From Balanoglossus misakiensis (taxonomy: Eukaryota; Animalia; Hemichordata): a DNA stretch of 64,000 nucleotides. The stretch spans positions 17,739,912 through 17,803,911 of the forward strand of contig CM082578.2 in assembly GCA_040954595.2 (NCBI GenBank), written 5' to 3'. Within the stretch, counting starts at the first letter, position 1, and the number at the start of each line of letters is the position of its first letter. The position numbers and the translations under genes are program-made. Of this stretch, positions 11,274 through 26,200 are shown in pieces. The notes below the pieces were generated by a model. That model did not search any database. It was given only the letters and a program-made list of their open reading frames with translations, and was not told the DNA's origin.

Positions 11274-14200
11274 ATGTACAGCCCGCGACGGTCACCGCGA
11301 CCACAGAGAGATGGGCAGCACCAACAAACCAGTCTGCAGTATCAATCATCTGAATCAGCCGCAATCGGAGGAGGAGGGTATCAACAGCAACGCAGTCCAG
11401 CCCATACCCACGCTTCCCCTAGGCTTTCCAGCTCCCCTCATCATCACAGCCGGTCACATACCATAGGTGGGAGTAGTAGTATGTCCTCAAGTTCCGGTCA
11501 TCTACCGATGGAGCAAGTACAGTCCCTGAGCGCCGTGTACAACACCAGTCTTGAATTTATGGGAGAAGGCTTGCCAGCGAGTGCCAGTGATAGCAGTTCA
11601 GGCGGCACCACCAAATCGCACTCACTGCCCAGGCAAGGATCGCTGGGTCTGTCGGGACGTTTGACACCGACCCACAACAGATCCAACAGTCTCGGATCGG
11701 GGAAAGAATATCGAAAACAGCTTCCGGAGCACATGATCCAGACGACAGCAGAAGTGACAATGGCATCTCATCCTCAATCACATTCTCACGTCCCTCAAAC
11801 TCGTGAACTAAAACACGTCAGGGATACTGTCATCCTGGACTTACAAACGCAAATAGCGGAGTTACAGAAGGAAACCAATAGCCTTAAGAAAGATCTTGAA
11901 ACGAAGGAAAATAAACTCCAGTCTAGTATGAACAGCATCAAAACATTCTGGAGTCCTGAACTGAAAAAGGAGAGAGCTTTGAGGAAAGACGAAAACAGCA
12001 AATTGGTGCTTGTAAATGAACAAAATAATATGGCCCGGGAAGAAAATCAGGTAATTATTTTAAAATATTTTTTCCCCGACATTTTCACCTTTGTTTAATA
12101 TTTTTAATATGTGTCAGCTCATTGTTATTGTGAGTAAACAGAAGTGTATGTTCCACTTGAAAGGCCAACTTCCTGTCTTTACCAGCAACCTTGTCTGACA
12201 CATGTTATGCAGTCAACAAACCTATTCACACACACCCACAATGCCCTGTGCATTTAGCATTTGGCACCACAGTCATTGAATGAAATGCAAGGGGGTTTGC
12301 TTACATCATAGACATTCTCTGAGTGTCTATGTTTACATCATTCCATTGGAGATCTAGTGACAATTGGGGGTCTATGAATAACCATTGTTTCATGATTGCT
12401 TCTGTTATTAAAAACACATTGCCCTTGGAAATGTCCACCCACAGTGTTTTCCTAATGCCTTTTAGTTACTTATCCACCCTGCTACTGTTTTTTACATAAC
12501 AAACATATACAAACATAAACAATACAGTTATTATTATCCACTGATAAACTGTCATTATTGATTTTTACCTGACAATCTGCCTTAGAAGTCGGCTGTTATA
12601 GGATTGATGTATCTCTATAGTAACCAATTTTATAAAAAGAGAAGGTAATATTTCAGTAAATTGAAAGTACAGGGTAGCTCTTTTAAAACATCTTCTATTG
12701 ATGAAAACTAAAAGTTTTAGCTGTCTTTAGTCACAGATTTCCAACTTTAGCTGCTTAGCATTATCTCACATTGAGCAGCACAGCTGTTAGGGTCATGACC
12801 CTACTTATTTCGCAATAGTATTTTCATGTGGGAACCCCTCACGCTGTTTAGAAAAGATGAACTCATAGCAAAATATCTGTCCAATACCTTTTCATTGTTT
12901 ATCTGTAGAAAAAAGGTCACACAGTCCATTAGAAAATCTCCATTGTTCAGTCTGAATGTCAAAGATAAAACTAGCAGTCACTGGTGACCTTTGAACCTTG
13001 GACGATGAATATTGACATTTGATGGGATAATGAATTCTGATCATTGATTTAAACCAGTGTCACCATTAAGATCAGCAAACAAGGTTAATTATGTAACAAA
13101 CTCAGAGATACAATGTGCTCAGAACTGTGAATTTAATTTCTTAGAAGAAGAGCTTGTTATCGTCCTTGCCAACAGGGGCCACCAGCTGCAGAAGGCTAGG
13201 ATGAAACCAGGCAGGAAATACAGCTATGAGAAGTGAAATGTCAGTTTAAAGGGAAAATGAAGCAATCATACACCGTTGTCTGTTCTGACAGAATTATAAA
13301 GCAGACAGGAAATGAGAATCAGATGATAATGAATTTTATTATATATAATTCGTTTTGGTTGGGATGTAGCTCGTTATTCATATTTCACAATAGAATGTGT
13401 TAGGTTTAATTACTGACTAACCAAAGTAAAATGTCACAATGTGAATTTGTGATCTGTAGTAAACGTCACAAAAGTTCAACCAGCTCTGTTTTCTGTCCAC
13501 CGTATGTTTTCTTTCAGAGAGGTTAAAAAGAATACAACTCCCCTGTTTATAATAAAAGAAACATGATATATTGACTCAAACAGGCAATTATTCATAAGCT
13601 ATTTTCACTGTGTATTGGGTAGGTAGTATCCATTCATGTCAATTGAAATTGCTCGATGTGATATTGGATTTGGATTTAATAGAGAGATTCGTTGTCAGAT
13701 GAGCTTCATTTTTAAAACGAGATTTCCCTCCAGGAACCTCCCAACTTTTTTCATTCCCAAGTCTGTCAAACACCGGATGGCTAGAGAACCCCTGTCTGTA
13801 CCCCACTCCAATTCCTTGATGTAGGTTAAGTGCAGAAGCAGGAGGATTTTCACAAAGCTCAAAAAATTATCTCACTCCAGAATAATCAGGGATTTGAAAT
13901 AGATAAAGTGTGGGTAAATACTACAAGTGTTCTCTGCAGCAGATTTGTATCAGGGCCTACAGCAAGCCCGCACTAATTACAGGTCTGTTTGGCATCCCTT
14001 GAACTCCACTTCCTTTTCTGCTTTTCTCTTCTTATTTTGAAGTCAGTTCAGTAAATCAGATGTATGGAGTGTTGCTGACCATTGATAAGGTTATACAGTG
14101 TTTGAAAGGTTGAGAAATAAATAAATAAATAGATTAAAGTGGCAGAATAAAATGAAATTAAAGTTAACGCTCGTAATGTTGAAAGGTATAATCAGAGGCA

Positions 14201-17200
14201 GTACATGGCATTCAAGGCTCTTTTCTGTTAATCATATAATAATACTCATGTCAGTCACATTTTATATAAAGTAAATTTTAGGCAAATTTGAATGGTGGTA
14301 CTGTTGTATTGCTGGTTCCTTCAACAGATGTTTCTGACAGGTTTATTGTCAAGGGGATTTGTTGTGGAATTATTCGTACACGTACGCCTATCCCTGCAGC
14401 ATCCATTTTCAGAAATAAAAGTGTGTGTTTTTTAAAGAAAGGGTCTTGTATTAAGGTGATTCGCCACCCATTGGCAAAATGGAGTTTCTTTAGTAGATTC
14501 AAATGTGAAGGGAAAAAATGGAAATAAAATCCTCCTCTGGATTGAATGTCAGTTTACAAAGATCTTGCCCCCAAAGTCCGGTAAAGGTGAATAATGCATC
14601 ATGCACTATGCAGCAAAAGAAATAGTGGAGTCCCACAAGGTAAGATTCATTCATGAATACTCGCTCTGTCAGACTGTGTGAGCTGCTCTTACTTGGTATG
14701 CTGCTCACGTCGATGCATTTCAAAAGAAGGTGAACAAAAAAAAAGGCGGTTGGAAATGCAAGATATTTTCTTTTTGGGGGGTAAGATCATTTGTTGAAAA
14801 GAATTCTGACTGCAAAATACCCAACTAGCCAAAGGATGCATACATGCAAGATTGTTTAATACATCCCATTATTCAGGCATGTTTTACTTCTCTGGTATGC
14901 CGAAAGTGTAATCATATAATATTGCCTGAACAACATGTTTTAATTAATTTCTGTGATAGCGCAAGCCTTTCTGAATAGTCATGAGGCTTGACATAGCACT
15001 GCCTTTATCTAATGTACCTTATTTGACTAATCGGACATCAAAATGTGAGGAATTTCTCATTTATCAAGTCTTCTGTGATCAAAGGTTGCTGGCTTCGATG
15101 CTTTGTCAGTAAAGAAAGGGAAATGAAAAAATGTTGCCGATGTCTGACTTGTAAATATTTAGCAGGAATAAATCTAAGAACTGGTCAGCTTCTTCGTCAG
15201 ATGTGGTGAGTCACTCTAAATCTCCCAGAATGCTGTGTGGAGTGCCTCCATTCCTCTTGTGTGTAAAGGATGTTCAACACGCACATAAGATCTGAACTGA
15301 AGGACTTTGTTTCCATTGTGTTCAGCTGTAACAGAAATTTATAACCGTGATAAGAAAAACTCAAGTCAGTGGCAGAAGATAAGAAAACATATGGCTGGAT
15401 GATGTTTTTGAAGTGTATTGCTTTGTATTGATCGACTTTCAATTCAACTTAACTTGTTCAGAAAACTGTGGTATATGCTTATATGTCTACCGCATCACAG
15501 AAAGATTCAGATGTGGAGATTAAAATTGACATGGTTGTGATTATTGGAAGGGTTTTATTAAATTTCATTCTGGTACCATGAATAAAAACGATTGAGTTGC
15601 AAACTCTACAGTTGTACAAAATTTTTTTGCAAAATAAGAAATTGATTTTTTCCCTCCGGAAATAATTTTCATCATGGGGTAAATCTCAATATTCCTAAAA
15701 TTTGACGTTACATTTTTAACTTCATATTTTTCTTATATTCTATTGTTTCTTCCACAATGTCTTCATTCCCTATCCAGTAAACAAGATCTGATGTAAAATA
15801 CAGTGTTAGTGTGTTGTTGAAAGTGGCATCGCATTCTATAAATTAATTGGCATCTAGCTGATAATATATTTAGCCAAGCAAACAAACAGGAACAGGAAGA
15901 ATGCAAATGAGGCAGAATTGGTGCTGAATGATCCCTTGCGTATGAACTCATGAGAGTTAATTAGTTCCCAGTGATGAGTGGAGCTTCCATGATTCTTTCA
16001 TCATTAAGAGCCCTAACGAGCTTGTATCAGAACCAACATCCGGGCAGAGACAGTCACAGTACATCTTAAATTAGGGACAGTTATGTCAGGAATGATTGCC
16101 TGATATCATCAACATCTCGTCATTGGTTACTCCACAATATTGTTCATAGGTATAGCCATGTTTTCAAATGGACCTCAGCAGTTGAACTTCAAATGCCATG
16201 CAGTGTAGACATTTTGGTTGAAGTTGTTACCAGCATTACCTAGGCTCAGAATAAATTGTACAATTTAGTGCGTTTATAGCCAGCAGTACCCATGAATATT
16301 GTATTATGGGTAATCAAATCCTGATGCACCTGTGAAATATGATCTTTGAAACTGCTTCTAAGCCAGTATGGCGCTCTGAGCCATGTTACAACTATGGGTC
16401 AGAGACTTTTGTTGTTTTGTTTGCCTTAAACTCAAGAGTCTTGTTTATAAAGAAATGAAAAACACTTCAGAAAATGCTGTCAAGTGAAGTTTTCAAGGAG
16501 AAATCCAATTGACAGATAGTTGGTAAAAAAAGTTGGATGTGATATAATATGCAATGTACATGTTTAGCACTTTGAGTTACACCAACAAAACGTTAAAACA
16601 GTCAACTTGATTGGAGTACTATGTTATCCCTATTTTATGTACCTAATCTTACAAACTTGTGCTTAATTGAGTTCTCCCAAGCTTTTAATTCACTGCCAAG
16701 GTCCGTAGTTTACTGTCGCCAATAAAACTTTATCTCGGGAAGTTTTTACTCACAGCTTTTGCACAGCGATATTTTTGGGGGAAAGTTTAATGACTGGTTT
16801 TGGTGATAACACACAGGAGGGTTTTTTATCACCAGGTTTGTGGGTTTTAAATTTAAAAGACGAAGATGTGATAAAGTTCAAGGACATACAGGTGATGCTG
16901 CTCCAATCAGACGGCCGTGACTCCTACAATTGTCAAGTTCACTGTCGGGCAATGATGGGTAGTATACTGTCATTCACTCCTTTCTTTCCTATGAATTCTG
17001 CTTCACTGGCTAGCAAGTTTAGATAATGGCCGATGTGGTTTTACAACTTCAACCAATGCGGTTGGATTAATTCTGTCTTCAGTCTTGCAAATAAAGTACA
17101 TGTATATCAGGTGCATGTCACATAGAGAGTCATTGAACTATTTCTGATCCTCCCTTCCCCCAAAGGCACATTGCCCTTAATTTCACCAGCTTTAGCTTAT

Positions 17201-20200
17201 GAAATTTACCATCACAATATAGTAGAGTTGCTCACCAGAGGGCTCAGATAATCTATTTCATATCCACCAGCCCAAAGGCAAGTTTGAGAAAATGGGAACA
17301 CATGCACATTTGAGGTCATGAAATGTAATCAAGCACACAGTGATTTGCTTATCACCTCTGTGGGTTCATTCACCAGATTATGGAGTTTCTCTTACATCAA
17401 AAGATAGCTTTAGATGAGTTATAGCTTTCTATATCTACCAGCATATATGATAAAATGTTATATTGGTGAGAACAGAATCCGACTTTGAAGATCTTGGCCC
17501 TTCTTGGGTGCATTTCTACACTATTGATAGAAATTAAAAAGAAACATATTTGATTAATAAATTAAATGCTAAATGTGAAATAAGTGTTAAAGAATGAACC
17601 ATCACGTGTGACTTTAGATATAAGAAGCACAATCACTTCAGCCATGGGTTTATTACATGGTCCCCATCTGGATTATGAATGTCAATGTTGTGCATGAAGT
17701 TTGTTTGTTACTGCCTTGACCCAAGCCATGTGTGATATCATGGCATGTTCATAGACAGACTTGGTGTCCTCAATCGACAGTCACACAACTCTTGCCTGCC
17801 CAGACCTGCACCGACACACAGAGAGGTTAGCAGTTGGAAATGAATCATTGACATTACATAGAGATTCAGTTTATAAACATGATGAAGTTTGGAACAAAGG
17901 GTAGAAGTTCAATAAACAAGATGATTCAGCAGACAGTTGCAACTTGTGTTTCAATTGGTTGAGGTTTGCCACCAGTATATGATTATAATCATTATTTTTC
18001 CATGAAACTGGTCAATTAGTGTAAAAATGACTGTTTTTTTAACAGCACTTGATGCTGTAGTCCACTTCTCCATTATGTACAGGAACATTAAGATGTGGGA
18101 AATCACTCAGATGGAGCAATTCAACTGTACAAATACTTTACAGATTCATTGGACTGAAAACGGAGCAAGCAAAGCAAAGCAACTGTTTGTTCACGGAGTC
18201 CCGCACATCAAAGCAGTTTTACTCGCTGCTGTATCACTGTAATTACGACTGAAACTGTCAGTTGCGTGGTTTACAAATCATTTGATCAGACATTGATGTT
18301 TGATGTCATTGCCATTGACGAAAAATGATGACCTAATTTTCATACTGACGTAGTTTCTTCAGTGAAGAGTGTTTTACCACCAATCCTTTGATTTGCTGCC
18401 TGCACATTATATGCATCACTTAAAATTATCTAGAAATGTTAACAAGCCAATTGGACGTTTTGTAGTACAAAGGTAGCTTTTGTTTCTTTATGCCAGTACA
18501 GTTTGTATTATAATTGCGATTGTGGGATTTTAGTGATCCTTTGTGATCAGACTTTCACTGAAATATAATCACAAAACCGACATTTTCCATTGTACCATTT
18601 GTACCAACTATTGCTTAGCAACAAAATTTAATCCCTTGATGATCCTGCTGAAAAGCTTCTAGCCAGGCTTCACATTTTCTAACCATACATTATGAATGTG
18701 TTTATTCAATATTTGTACTGGCGGATTTCATATAATGGTGTCTTTCGCATCGTAATTTCCCCTGATATCAACTAAACTTTAGAATATTAAAATGCCCATA
18801 CTCAAACAACTTATGCTGTCTCCATATTGTGACCCCTCACCATTCCTAGACGTATCCATGTAGATTTAAATAAACGTCCACGGCAATTCAGACCCATCAG
18901 TACATTATAACCATCTGGGACTTGTCCAAACTCAGTTTAGGAAAAGTAAAGTCTCACTTTTATCCCTCTGCTCTGAGTGTGACTATAAAGACAGAAATTG
19001 GAATGTGTGTCAGAGAGAGGAGGGCTCTACCTTGAACCTTATGCTGCACCAGCTTTCATTCTGGAAAAGTAGCGTGACATATTATTAGTAAAGGTTGACC
19101 TTAGAAAAATGCTTGATGCAGTTAACATCAGTTTATCATCAATACTTCGGGATTAAATTACACCTCTTCTGTATACATGCAAGGTGGCCATTCCCCTTTT
19201 ATTATTAGTTTAACAGCCAGATAACCAAATGATTTTTTTCAATTCCACCGAGCTGCACAGTAGTCAGAAATTCAATTTGTCTTCAGTGTCACGTTGGTAT
19301 GCACCGGTAATTGGATGTCAATTATTTGGTCTTCGTTGAAGATAGAGTTGTTTAATTGATAACCACCTCATTTCAAAAGTAGACTGTGAAATAACCAGCC
19401 TAGTCCTGTCACAGTCAGGGGTTGGTATTCAGGAGGAATTGTCTCATGCATTTTCTGTGTGACATGTATAAAAGTATTATGCTTACGTTAGTGATGTAAA
19501 TTGTATCACTGTCTATATACAAGATGGTAAAATGTGATTATGTGATATGCTTTTGGTGTTGGGAAGGTTACAACTACAGCAATAAAACCCTTGTTCACAT
19601 ATCACATATTTATAAAGGGGAGATCTGACTTCTCTTTCAAGAGTTTTTATGCACCTTTATTTGAATACTACCATTCAGTGTAGCTGGTGTTATCTCACCA
19701 ATGCTTCTAAAAAAGCCCATTACAACATAGGCTTGCTGAGGAGTTTATCAAACCTGAAATCATGAATTAAAGTCTGATGAAAACCTTTTACAAGTGACCA
19801 ATAATACAAATCAGTCTGATTTACATAGAGAGTATCGCAACACTTGGCATGGGACATTATAATTACACAGATAATACTGCCTTGAGTGAGCAGTCATCTG
19901 GAAAATTATTCACAGGTGAATATTTATCTGCTGTGGTCCATTCCAGACTTTCTCAGTGTTAAATAACATTTCCTGCCATCTTCAAGTAACAGTCGGGTGA
20001 ATTTTATTTCATTCACTGCCATCCCCATCGTCCGCTCGCGCAGGTTTTTGGCTTGACCACAGTCTCCCTTTTTTGGAGAGCAAGACCTTGGTGGGCACAG
20101 ATGGATAATTCTCTGCTGAACACAACGATACATCACGCAGCCTGAGTTCTGAAATATTAACATTTATTTAGCTCTACTGCAGAATGCAGGCTAGAACCTC

Positions 20201-23200
20201 ATCGTCAAGCAATTTATGCATGACAGGTTTGCCTCATCGCGTCTGTACAGTTATTGAAGATATAAATATGCAATATATCAAGCGGTCAGGGCAGGTGAAC
20301 CTGAGAATGTGATAAATCATGAAAATAAAATACGATGGATCAAGATTCCAAGTGCATAATATGTCAACTGGTATGTTAGATTCTGTCACCAAGGCTGCCT
20401 ATGTAAATGAAAATTAATGCAGTTGTACGAATAAGTATATTACATTCTTTCAGTTTGCATAAATCTACTTAAAATAAACATGGTCCACAATCATTAAAGC
20501 ATAAATAATAAATAGGGCATTCCAGAAATTTTAAATACTATTGAACTAGTGACCTTCATATGGTAAATATGATATCCTTGTTAATATTCTCCCAGTAGCC
20601 CTTAGTGATAAAATATAATGACACACCCAACCAGTTATTTAATTACTCAGAAGATGAGATTATTTTACAAATGTGGAATTTTCTGTTGAAATATATGAAT
20701 TCCAGTTGGTTAACAAATTTACAAGATCACATTTACCTTCACAGCCTCATTTTTCAAGCTGTGTCTTCTATACATATTATCATCATACAGTTACAAAATG
20801 TGTAGTGATCACGAAAAAACATTTGTAAGGCAGCAAACACTTTCACATTTGTAATTGGGGGTAGACAGTATTGCAACATCAAAGTTCCCAGATTGCAAAG
20901 ATTACTACAATGAAAGGGCATCACCTGTGAAGAATCATTTCCTTTTGAGTTTTCTGAAATTTCCGGATGCTCTTCCTGTTATAACTTTCCAAGACATTTC
21001 CTGGTAAGACACTCCAAACTCCCAGTGAGGGTGATTTCCGAGTGCAGCTTTGTCTTGGATGTTGTAATTTGACCCAGCTTTGTTCCAACGAAAACATGAG
21101 TCACTCTCGCAAGATCGATTTTTACACCAAATCAGTTGGTGCCCTCGTCAGTTTTACGTCAGGCACTGTTGAGGGTGAGACATGGAACAAGTAGAGCACA
21201 CACAAAATCCTCATCTGACAGGAAATTGGTCCTACAGCATGAAGGCCCACAGTTGTCTGTGTTCAGTGTCTGTACTCTATTGTACAAAGGTAAACAAATC
21301 ATTCTCAAGTTAAAGCGTTGTTTAAAAGTGAAGAATTTGAACAACTCCAGTACCATTTACTGAAAACTGTTATTTTTGTTTTATTACAGCAATTGACAAA
21401 GACCATACAGTCGCTGCAAGATGAGCTTCGTATGCAGAGAGACTTGAAGCAGCATTTGGAGGATCTTGTAACTCTGAGTTCCTCGCCCCAGGAGCAAGAA
21501 ATCATAGCTTTGAAGACGGAAAAGGAAAGGCAAGGAAAAGAGCTCTTCCTGCTCAGGAAGACCCTGGAAGAGATGGAGCTACGTATTGAGACTCAGAAAC
21601 AGACATTGGCCGCCAGAGATGAGTCCATTAAGAAGCTGTTAGAAATGCTGCAGAGTAAAGGTTTGCCTGTCAAGAATCTGGAGGACAACAAAGAGGCTGA
21701 TCGTATCCGAAACAAACTTATTGAAACCCAGGCGAAAGTCTCGCAATTGGAAAGTGCGTTAGGTGGTAAAGATGCAGAGATAAAGAAATTAAAACAGGTA
21801 AGTTATTTCAGTCAAGGGTTGTAGGAACGCGTCTTTCTCACAGTACTGCCATAAGCATTGGGGTACAGTGAATGAGATGTTGGATTTTTGGTATAGTTGA
21901 TCATACAAAGAGAGTATAACTATACAATAGTGCTAGCAACTAAGTATGCCATGAAGATTTACAAGGTCACTCACCAGGAAGTGAAAGTCACTGCTTGATT
22001 CCAAAACTGCGCTTTTATGAGAAACCTTTTGGAGAATGCATATTCAGTTACAATTTACTGTCTGGTGATTGGAATAGAAGAACTCCTTCCCTGACAAATA
22101 CTCACAGGAGTTTTAAAATGGAAGAGGCCTGAAGCCCTGAATAAAAAAGATGTGGCTGAATCAAATGGGGAGGCAATTGGGCAGTGTGAGTAGAGGTGTT
22201 CTCTCTGAGGGTGTTGGGGGGATCAGTTATTTTGCCATTAAGATCAGACGAAGCAAAGATGAAATCAGGAATTGGCACTTCAAAACAAGGATTGAATAAG
22301 CTTACATAAAAGATTTTAGCCCCTTGTTATCTTGATCTGCCAAAATTTGGCTGTGATATAGATCACAAGATGAAAATCCCTGTACGGGTTCTGATGTGGC
22401 CACTTTAATACCGCGGTGTCCTAAAAATAGACTGAACGGCCTTATTGGTGTGTCTGGGTGTTTGAAAAACATGTTGACTCATCAATCTGCTAACTTTGTA
22501 TACACACAACATGTACATGTAATAAATGTTGTAGCATACTAGATTGGGAGAGTGCATAATACTGAGCCAGTATAGTCTGTTATGAATACAAAACACAAAT
22601 ATCGAATGTCTGGTGTTTGTTGCATTTAACTGCATGTTGTCGGGACTGAGACTTAAATATAAACTCTAACACTAAATGTTAATGCATCACTCATGATGTT
22701 ATATATACACAGGAAGGTACATCCCCATGTGCTATATGGAATGATGTCCTTGACAACATAAAAACTATTAAATACAGCCATTATGAAAATTAATCTCAGT
22801 CTGTTTAGCCAGAGTTGGAAAAATTATTCTTTCATATCCACAAACATAAATGTTTCATTTCCAATAACAGGTACATGACATCCTGTTATTGTATTCAAAG
22901 CTGAACAAGTTAATATAATCCATCTCTGGTGATGAAACTTTAGAAAGCCGCGAATTTGATATGCAAGGCTGATTTCCTGAATAGGTCAAGAACTAAACAA
23001 ATTCATTTTTTCTGTACAAGTTATTTAGGACACTGCTGCTGCTGATGATCGACAAACAAACTGAGATAATTTTGTTAATGGCTGTGAAGTTCTGCTTCAG
23101 TGATGATGATAACAGCATGTTGGATATTCGTTAAATACAGTGTTCATACCAAACCATCTTTTTTACTTGATAACATAACTCATCTCTTTTTCTCTATTGA

Positions 23201-26200
23201 CACCTATACCTGTCCCTAGGGCCTAGAAATTAACGCAGAGACTAGCAGAAAGCTTGAGCGACAACTTGGTTCTTCCTTGCAGTCTCAAGACTCTTCTAGA
23301 GCTAATGCTCTCAAAACTATCATAGAAGTCAAGGTATCCTATTTTATGACAGGTCATGTGGTAGTCATGTGACAGTCATGTGATAGTGATCGAACCTGTT
23401 TGATGTTTAATTGCATGCTTGTTGGACTATCTTTCGTTTCTTCGCTGAGTTATTTTTTTCCCCTCAAATTGTAACTACTTCTATAACTGCTGCACGTTTG
23501 TTTTGTCTGTTTAACATGAGATTTGACTGAGTTGAAAAACTGTTACATCGAAAAAGATGGCTCGACAGTTTGTCTTTTCTTGTTAACTTTGACGTGGCCC
23601 TATTGTGTAGGCATGTGTGTGTTTATGATGTCCGTTCACTAAGACTGATTTTTGCAGTGTGATTTGCACTAAATTGTTAAATTCAAGCTTAAAACTGCCG
23701 CACTGGTGTGAACTTTAACCCCTTAACCCCAACACCTGCTTTGCATCTTAACCTTTGAACCCCCTGTAGGGCATGATCTCTCCTGTAACCTCCCCAGTTT
23801 TCATATCATTGCTCACGGAATCTATCGCCAGTTTAAATAGTCATCATTGTCATAAATTTTATCACATGAAATGTGTATGGAGAAATATGATAAATGCAAG
23901 AACTGTAAATGTATTTTTATTGCATACTTAAACAAAATGACAGATGTACAATATACGTGACCATCATCACCCAGTTCCAACTCATTCCATTAGCTGTCAC
24001 AAAACCTAGAATTTCAATAGTCATCCCTCATCATCCAACCTACTTTTAGCTGGAATCTATGGATCATGTACATGTAATTTGAAAATGGAAAGTAGAACTG
24101 TGCCCATGCAGTCTCTCATCATGTAGCAGTTGTGGAAAAATTCTGCTGATCTATGTGATTCACTGAAGTTCATCTGTTTAAGTGATTTTGCAGTTGATAT
24201 GTTGTGAGCCACTTCAACCAAACAAGTATCCAGTGGCAACAGGGCCACACCTAACGGCACATGATCCACATAGATGAGAGTTTAGAATTACATGTAACAT
24301 GAGGCTACCATGTAACCCCACACAGCTTTATCTCTGACCGTCATGATTCCATATATCACAGAATTTGATGCCATTTGGGTCACCGCTGTAGATGCTAGCG
24401 CATAACCTCCAATCGTCATTCGGATTTGTGCTTACTGTATGTTTTGCTGAGTGGCAGTATTGCTGCATTGCCAAGCTCACTCTTTGTCAGTGCAGTGTCA
24501 GAAGCCTGTGATCTCCATCGCCACCAAAACATTTGATAGTCCCAATATGAAACAGACCTTGAAATGAAAGTGTGGGACTTTTGATCGTGTCATTCTCTTC
24601 TTCTTTTTAAATCAATCAAAAATAATGTCACTGGGTTTGATATACTATAATCATTGCAGGTCTTTGATGTGATGTTTTGATCCAAATATTTTTTTTTTAC
24701 GTGTGTTTATCCAGGATACTAAAATTTCAACTCTGGAAGATCAGATCCACGAGCTAGAAGAAACCCTTCAAAAACTGCGTTCCAGTGGTGCTATTAGTCC
24801 CGAAGAAAGGACAGAAGAAATCAAACAAATAGAAGAATATAAAGGACATTCCAAGTTTATGAAAAGACAGGTAATGCCTTGCTGCATGGGACAACAGTCT
24901 GTTTGGTTATTTGGCTGCAAAACTTTATCTTGGATGGTCACAAATGCCATTATCCGCAGCACTCAAAACACACCCCCGGAACAATTGTAATGATACCATT
25001 TAGGATTTTTTTTTCCTTTTCGCCTAACATTCACAAGAAAGCTTTGCAATTAAGGCAGAATGGGAAAGTTTGTAAATGGAAGGAAACACTAATGCATTAC
25101 GATTGATGAGACAGAGACAAGGTGATTTGACAACTACTCTATACCATGTGATGGGATTTTTTTTACAAAATGTAATGCCAGTTGATTGTTACACTCCTCT
25201 AATGTATTGCAAGATGATGATTGTCTCTGCATTCCCCACATCTTTGTCCATTCCAGCCCTTAAAAAAAAATCCCTGACTTTTTGTTGATCGCACTGTGCA
25301 TTAAACACATCACCCACCTGTGGTGAAAATTGCTTTACCTGGAATTTCAGAGACAAAAGTAAACTGATTATCATTCTGCAGATGTAGACCATTACATGCT
25401 GAGAGGGGGGATACTGTGGTTGACCTCAGTGGATAATGTTAAATGATACAGAAAAAAATTGCCATACTTTCACATCTTGTTATCAGTAAAAGCCAAAGCA
25501 GGCATGCCATTGTCATTGGTAACACAATAGAAGACTCTGTAACCATGGTGCTTTTCATGAGCCTTACACAGTTGTAAACAAGTTATAAGAAAACATTCAA
25601 AACAAAATTTTTCTAATGTACTGAAATATGATATTATCATTGTATTGCAGCTGTTTGCTCATGATGTTAATATTCATGTTTACGTCAAATTAACGACTGT
25701 AAATTTTCGTTCCACATTCATGAGAATGTCGAAAGAGTGGCTGTAGAAACAAGATGCCATAAATTGCTAGTTGCTAGGGATTCAAGTGATATCATCACAA
25801 ACCTTGAGGCACTGCAAAGATGAAATTGCTTTAAAAAATGGAATAATGAGAAATAATCCAATCTACTAATAGCCTCCGGTTCCTGCCTTCAATTTGAAGC
25901 AGTCTTTTTCCGAATCCACAGCAACTATTCATGGTTCAGTCCTGGCGGGTAGAGAGAGACAGAGAGAGACAGAGAGATAAAATTTACAGAAACAATTTTG
26001 AACTCATGATGTCAGGTATTAATGTATGAAAGGTAGTGATGTGGCATGACATTACAACCACTGGCATTATCTTTTGATCATTACAGATTGATCAGTTGAA
26101 GTCTGAACTAGCACAGAAAAGTGCTGATCTGCAAGGTACCAAGACCAAGCTGGACACACTAACCATACAGTTGTCGGACAAGCAAGCTCACTTTGACGTC

